A stretch of 64,000 nt of DNA from the human T2T-CHM13v2.0 reference genome, Homo sapiens. Position 1 is the first letter of the stretch. The number at the start of each line of letters is the position of its first letter. The position numbers and the translations under genes were made by a program. The stretch lies in NCBI RefSeq assembly GCF_009914755.1, contig NC_060930.1, one strand, 5' to 3'. This document shows, in pieces, positions 61,429-64,000 of the stretch. The notes beneath the pieces were generated by a model that was not told where the DNA came from, did not search any database, and worked only from the letters and a program-made list of their open reading frames with translations.

Positions 61429-62696
61429 TCAGATAAGGCCATTAAAAAAGAAGGTGGAAGGGGAAGATGAGTTAGTACTTGAAATTCTGCTGTCTTGACA
61501 CAAATAGCCTATCCCGAAATGATAAATGTATTTGTTAATGGAATTTACCCATTTTATACATCGCACATGTTTTGTATGTGGTGTTGAGCATAAAGGTCTT
61601 CATTATGAGTCAGGAAATGTAAGTTCCACTTCCAATATGAGCTGTGTCGCTGTCACAAATGGCTTTATTATTCAAAATTTTCAGACCACAGTTTCCGTCT
61701 TCATTTGACTGAGAATAATTCAACGACAGAGAATGTTCTAGTCTCCTTTGTGTCTCTAGTATCTAGTACAGGCCCCAAAATGTTTCAGGGTGGAATGGCT
61801 AGGGAAGGAGGAGAATAAAGGAGGAAGAGATTTATCTTGTAACATCTGTCCTGATGTTAGCAATATTAATTAAAACAGTTTGCAGGTTTTGTTGAAAAGG
61901 TCTGTTGTCCATCTTGGTGGCAAACTAGGAGGAAATGGTATCTAGCAAAGGCCTCTTTGGCATAAAGGGCACAGAATGTGAAACTGACATGTACACACAA
62001 TGGGATGCCTTCCTTTGGCCACCCTTCGTTTCCCCTTGTTCTTTCCGAAGCAACTGACACCACAAAATGAGAAGAGGTGGAACGGGAGAACGGCTCGCAA
62101 CAATGACTTACCTGGCTGCTTCCTTTTCAGTTACCTTTGTGGACAGACACAAGAATGCAGAGGCCAGAGCTGCCCTAACACAATGTGGAATTGTGAGCTA
62201 GTTTTGTGCCACTAAATATTCTTTGTGCCACTATATATTCTTCAGTGTCCTCAATTCTTTTTACCTTTGCAGAGCTAACTCTTATTTTAGGGTTGTGCCA
62301 GGATTTAAACTGGGAGCATCAGCTGCAGAGGGCAAAGGAGTCAAGCTAATAAGCTCTCCAATTCTGCTTCTTGCAGACTGCTTCAGTTTTGAAGGAGAAG
62401 TCGTCATTTTTAGAATTCTTACTTGCGTTCACCCTGTACCCTGAATGATTAACTCCTAGTGTGTCCCTTAAGTTTAACCCATATTCCCCCTCTGCTCCTA
62501 GGAATGTGAGCACGCTTTCCACTCAGTGACCAGGATTTTAAAAAACTATTTTCAATCTGCCTCCTCTTCCTCTACCCATTTCCCCAATTGCAGCCCTTAC
62601 CCTCCACCCCTCTCCTATTAAACTCATGTCCATTCAATCTCCAGACTTGTTGGGGGAAGTGGCAGCATTGTAAGATAAACCTTAAGCAATTATTAG

Positions 62697-63160
62697 TATT
62701 TATTTATTTATTTTGAGACGGAGTCTCTCTCTTTCGCCCAGGCTGGAGTGCAGTGGCGTGATCTTGGCTGCAAGCTCCGCCTCCGGGGTTCAAACGATTT
62801 TTCTGCCTCAGCCTCCCAAGTAGCTAGGACTACAGGCGCACGCCACCATGCCTAGCTAATTTTTGTATTTTTAGTAGAGATGGGATTTCGTCATATTGGC
62901 CAGGCTGATATCGAACTCCTGACCTCGTGATCTGCCCACCTCGGCCTCCCAAGGTGCTGGGATTACAAGCGTGAGCCACTTGCACCCGGCCTATTTTTTT
63001 CTTTATCTTAAGTTCCAGGGTACATGTGCAGGATGTGCAGGTTTGTTACATAGGTACACATATGCTATGGTGGTTTGCTGCACCTATCAACCCATCGCCT
63101 AGGTATTAAGCCCCACATGCACTAGCTGTTTTTCCTGGTGCTCTCCCACCTCCGGCACCC
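62697..63160 (-). mobile_element. Alu (62697-62991) abutting an L1PA 3' fragment (62993-63160)
   Basis: gggtacatgtgcaggatgtgcaggtttgttacataggta. Confidence 0.9.
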
Positions 63161-63741
63161 CAGCCTGAAGTTATTATTAAAGTTCAGTTTAACTCTTGTG
63201 GTGTCTACAAAGCGTGACTTTGTTGAGTCTTCAACAGATTGTAGCATTACTCACCTTATGTCATTAAACTGGAGAGGCTGGGGTGATAGGATAAGGGAAG
63301 CACACAGCTCAGCATGTGGGGAGTTTATTTAAAACTCTTGTGTCTTTCATTGACTAGGCAGATGAAGTCATTGCTGACATATAAATCAACAAAATACTTT
63401 TAAAATGTAACTTTCTTTCGTGGTTTGTTATAATAAATTACCCCTGACTACTCTTTAAAAAAATCACAAAGAGAAAATTATAATTTTCCTTCATCAAGTT
63501 CAATACTTGTGAGCGTCTTTCAGGTAAATTAAGAGGAAAAATACATACAAATAGTTACATTTTGGAAATATTTGCACCTAAAACAACAGAATATGTTCTA
63601 TGGGAGTAATAAGTAGTTCCTAATGTTGATTTATCTAAATGTATTATTTCTTTTTTTTAATAATGTGACTATGATGACCAGGAAAGGAGCCAAAAAAAAA
63701 AAAAAGGTTTGAAAATAAATGAAAATAAATGCAAAACCTTA

Positions 63742-64000
63742 AGTGGTGCACACCTGTAATCCCAGCAATTGCGGGCGGGGGAGGTGGGGCAGTGGCTGAG
63801 GCTGGAGAATGGCTTGAGCCCAGGAGTTTGAGACCAACCTGAGCAACATAGTAAGATCCTGTCTCTTTAAAAAAGAAATAAATCGGCCAGACATGGTGGT
63901 TCATACCTGTAATTCCAGCACTTTGGGAGGCCAAGGTGGGCAGACCACCTGAGGTCAGGAGTTTAAGACCAGCCTGGCCAACATGGTGAAACCCTGTGTC
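63742..64000 (+). mobile_element. Alu monomer followed by an Alu cut by the window end
   Basis: Alu consensus. Confidence 0.88.

Noticed and set aside
63769-63793. G-rich insert with a GC box inside an Alu monomer
   Set aside because: Short local G-run expansion; no support for function.

Overview
Primate (human-like) genomic DNA from an extremely Alu-rich, apparently intergenic region. About 70 Alu elements or fragments make up roughly a third of the window (estimated by eye), alongside old L1, L2, MIR, DNA-transposon and LTR relics. I could not support any intact protein-coding gene; nearly all ORF-track entries are Alu or simple-repeat translations. Four retrocopies are recognisable: TMA7 (5.9 kb, +), SOD1 (25.8-26.7 kb, -), a near full-length RCC1 broken by five later insertions (33.1-38.3 kb, -), and a U1 snRNA copy with poly(A) and target-site duplication (48.8 kb, +). 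I found no new biological system. The best observations are of three kinds: (i) molecular fossils, namely an RCC1 copy with a 114-nt alternative-exon insert and a SOD1 copy with pre-simian residues; (ii) template-switch or DNA-repair scars at 11.9, 20.2, 27.2 and 41.06 kb; (iii) structured tandem repeats, including an 80-bp perfect AT-rich palindrome. Repeat subfamily names and parent-gene comparisons come from recalled consensus sequences, not database searches, and repeat boundaries are approximate.
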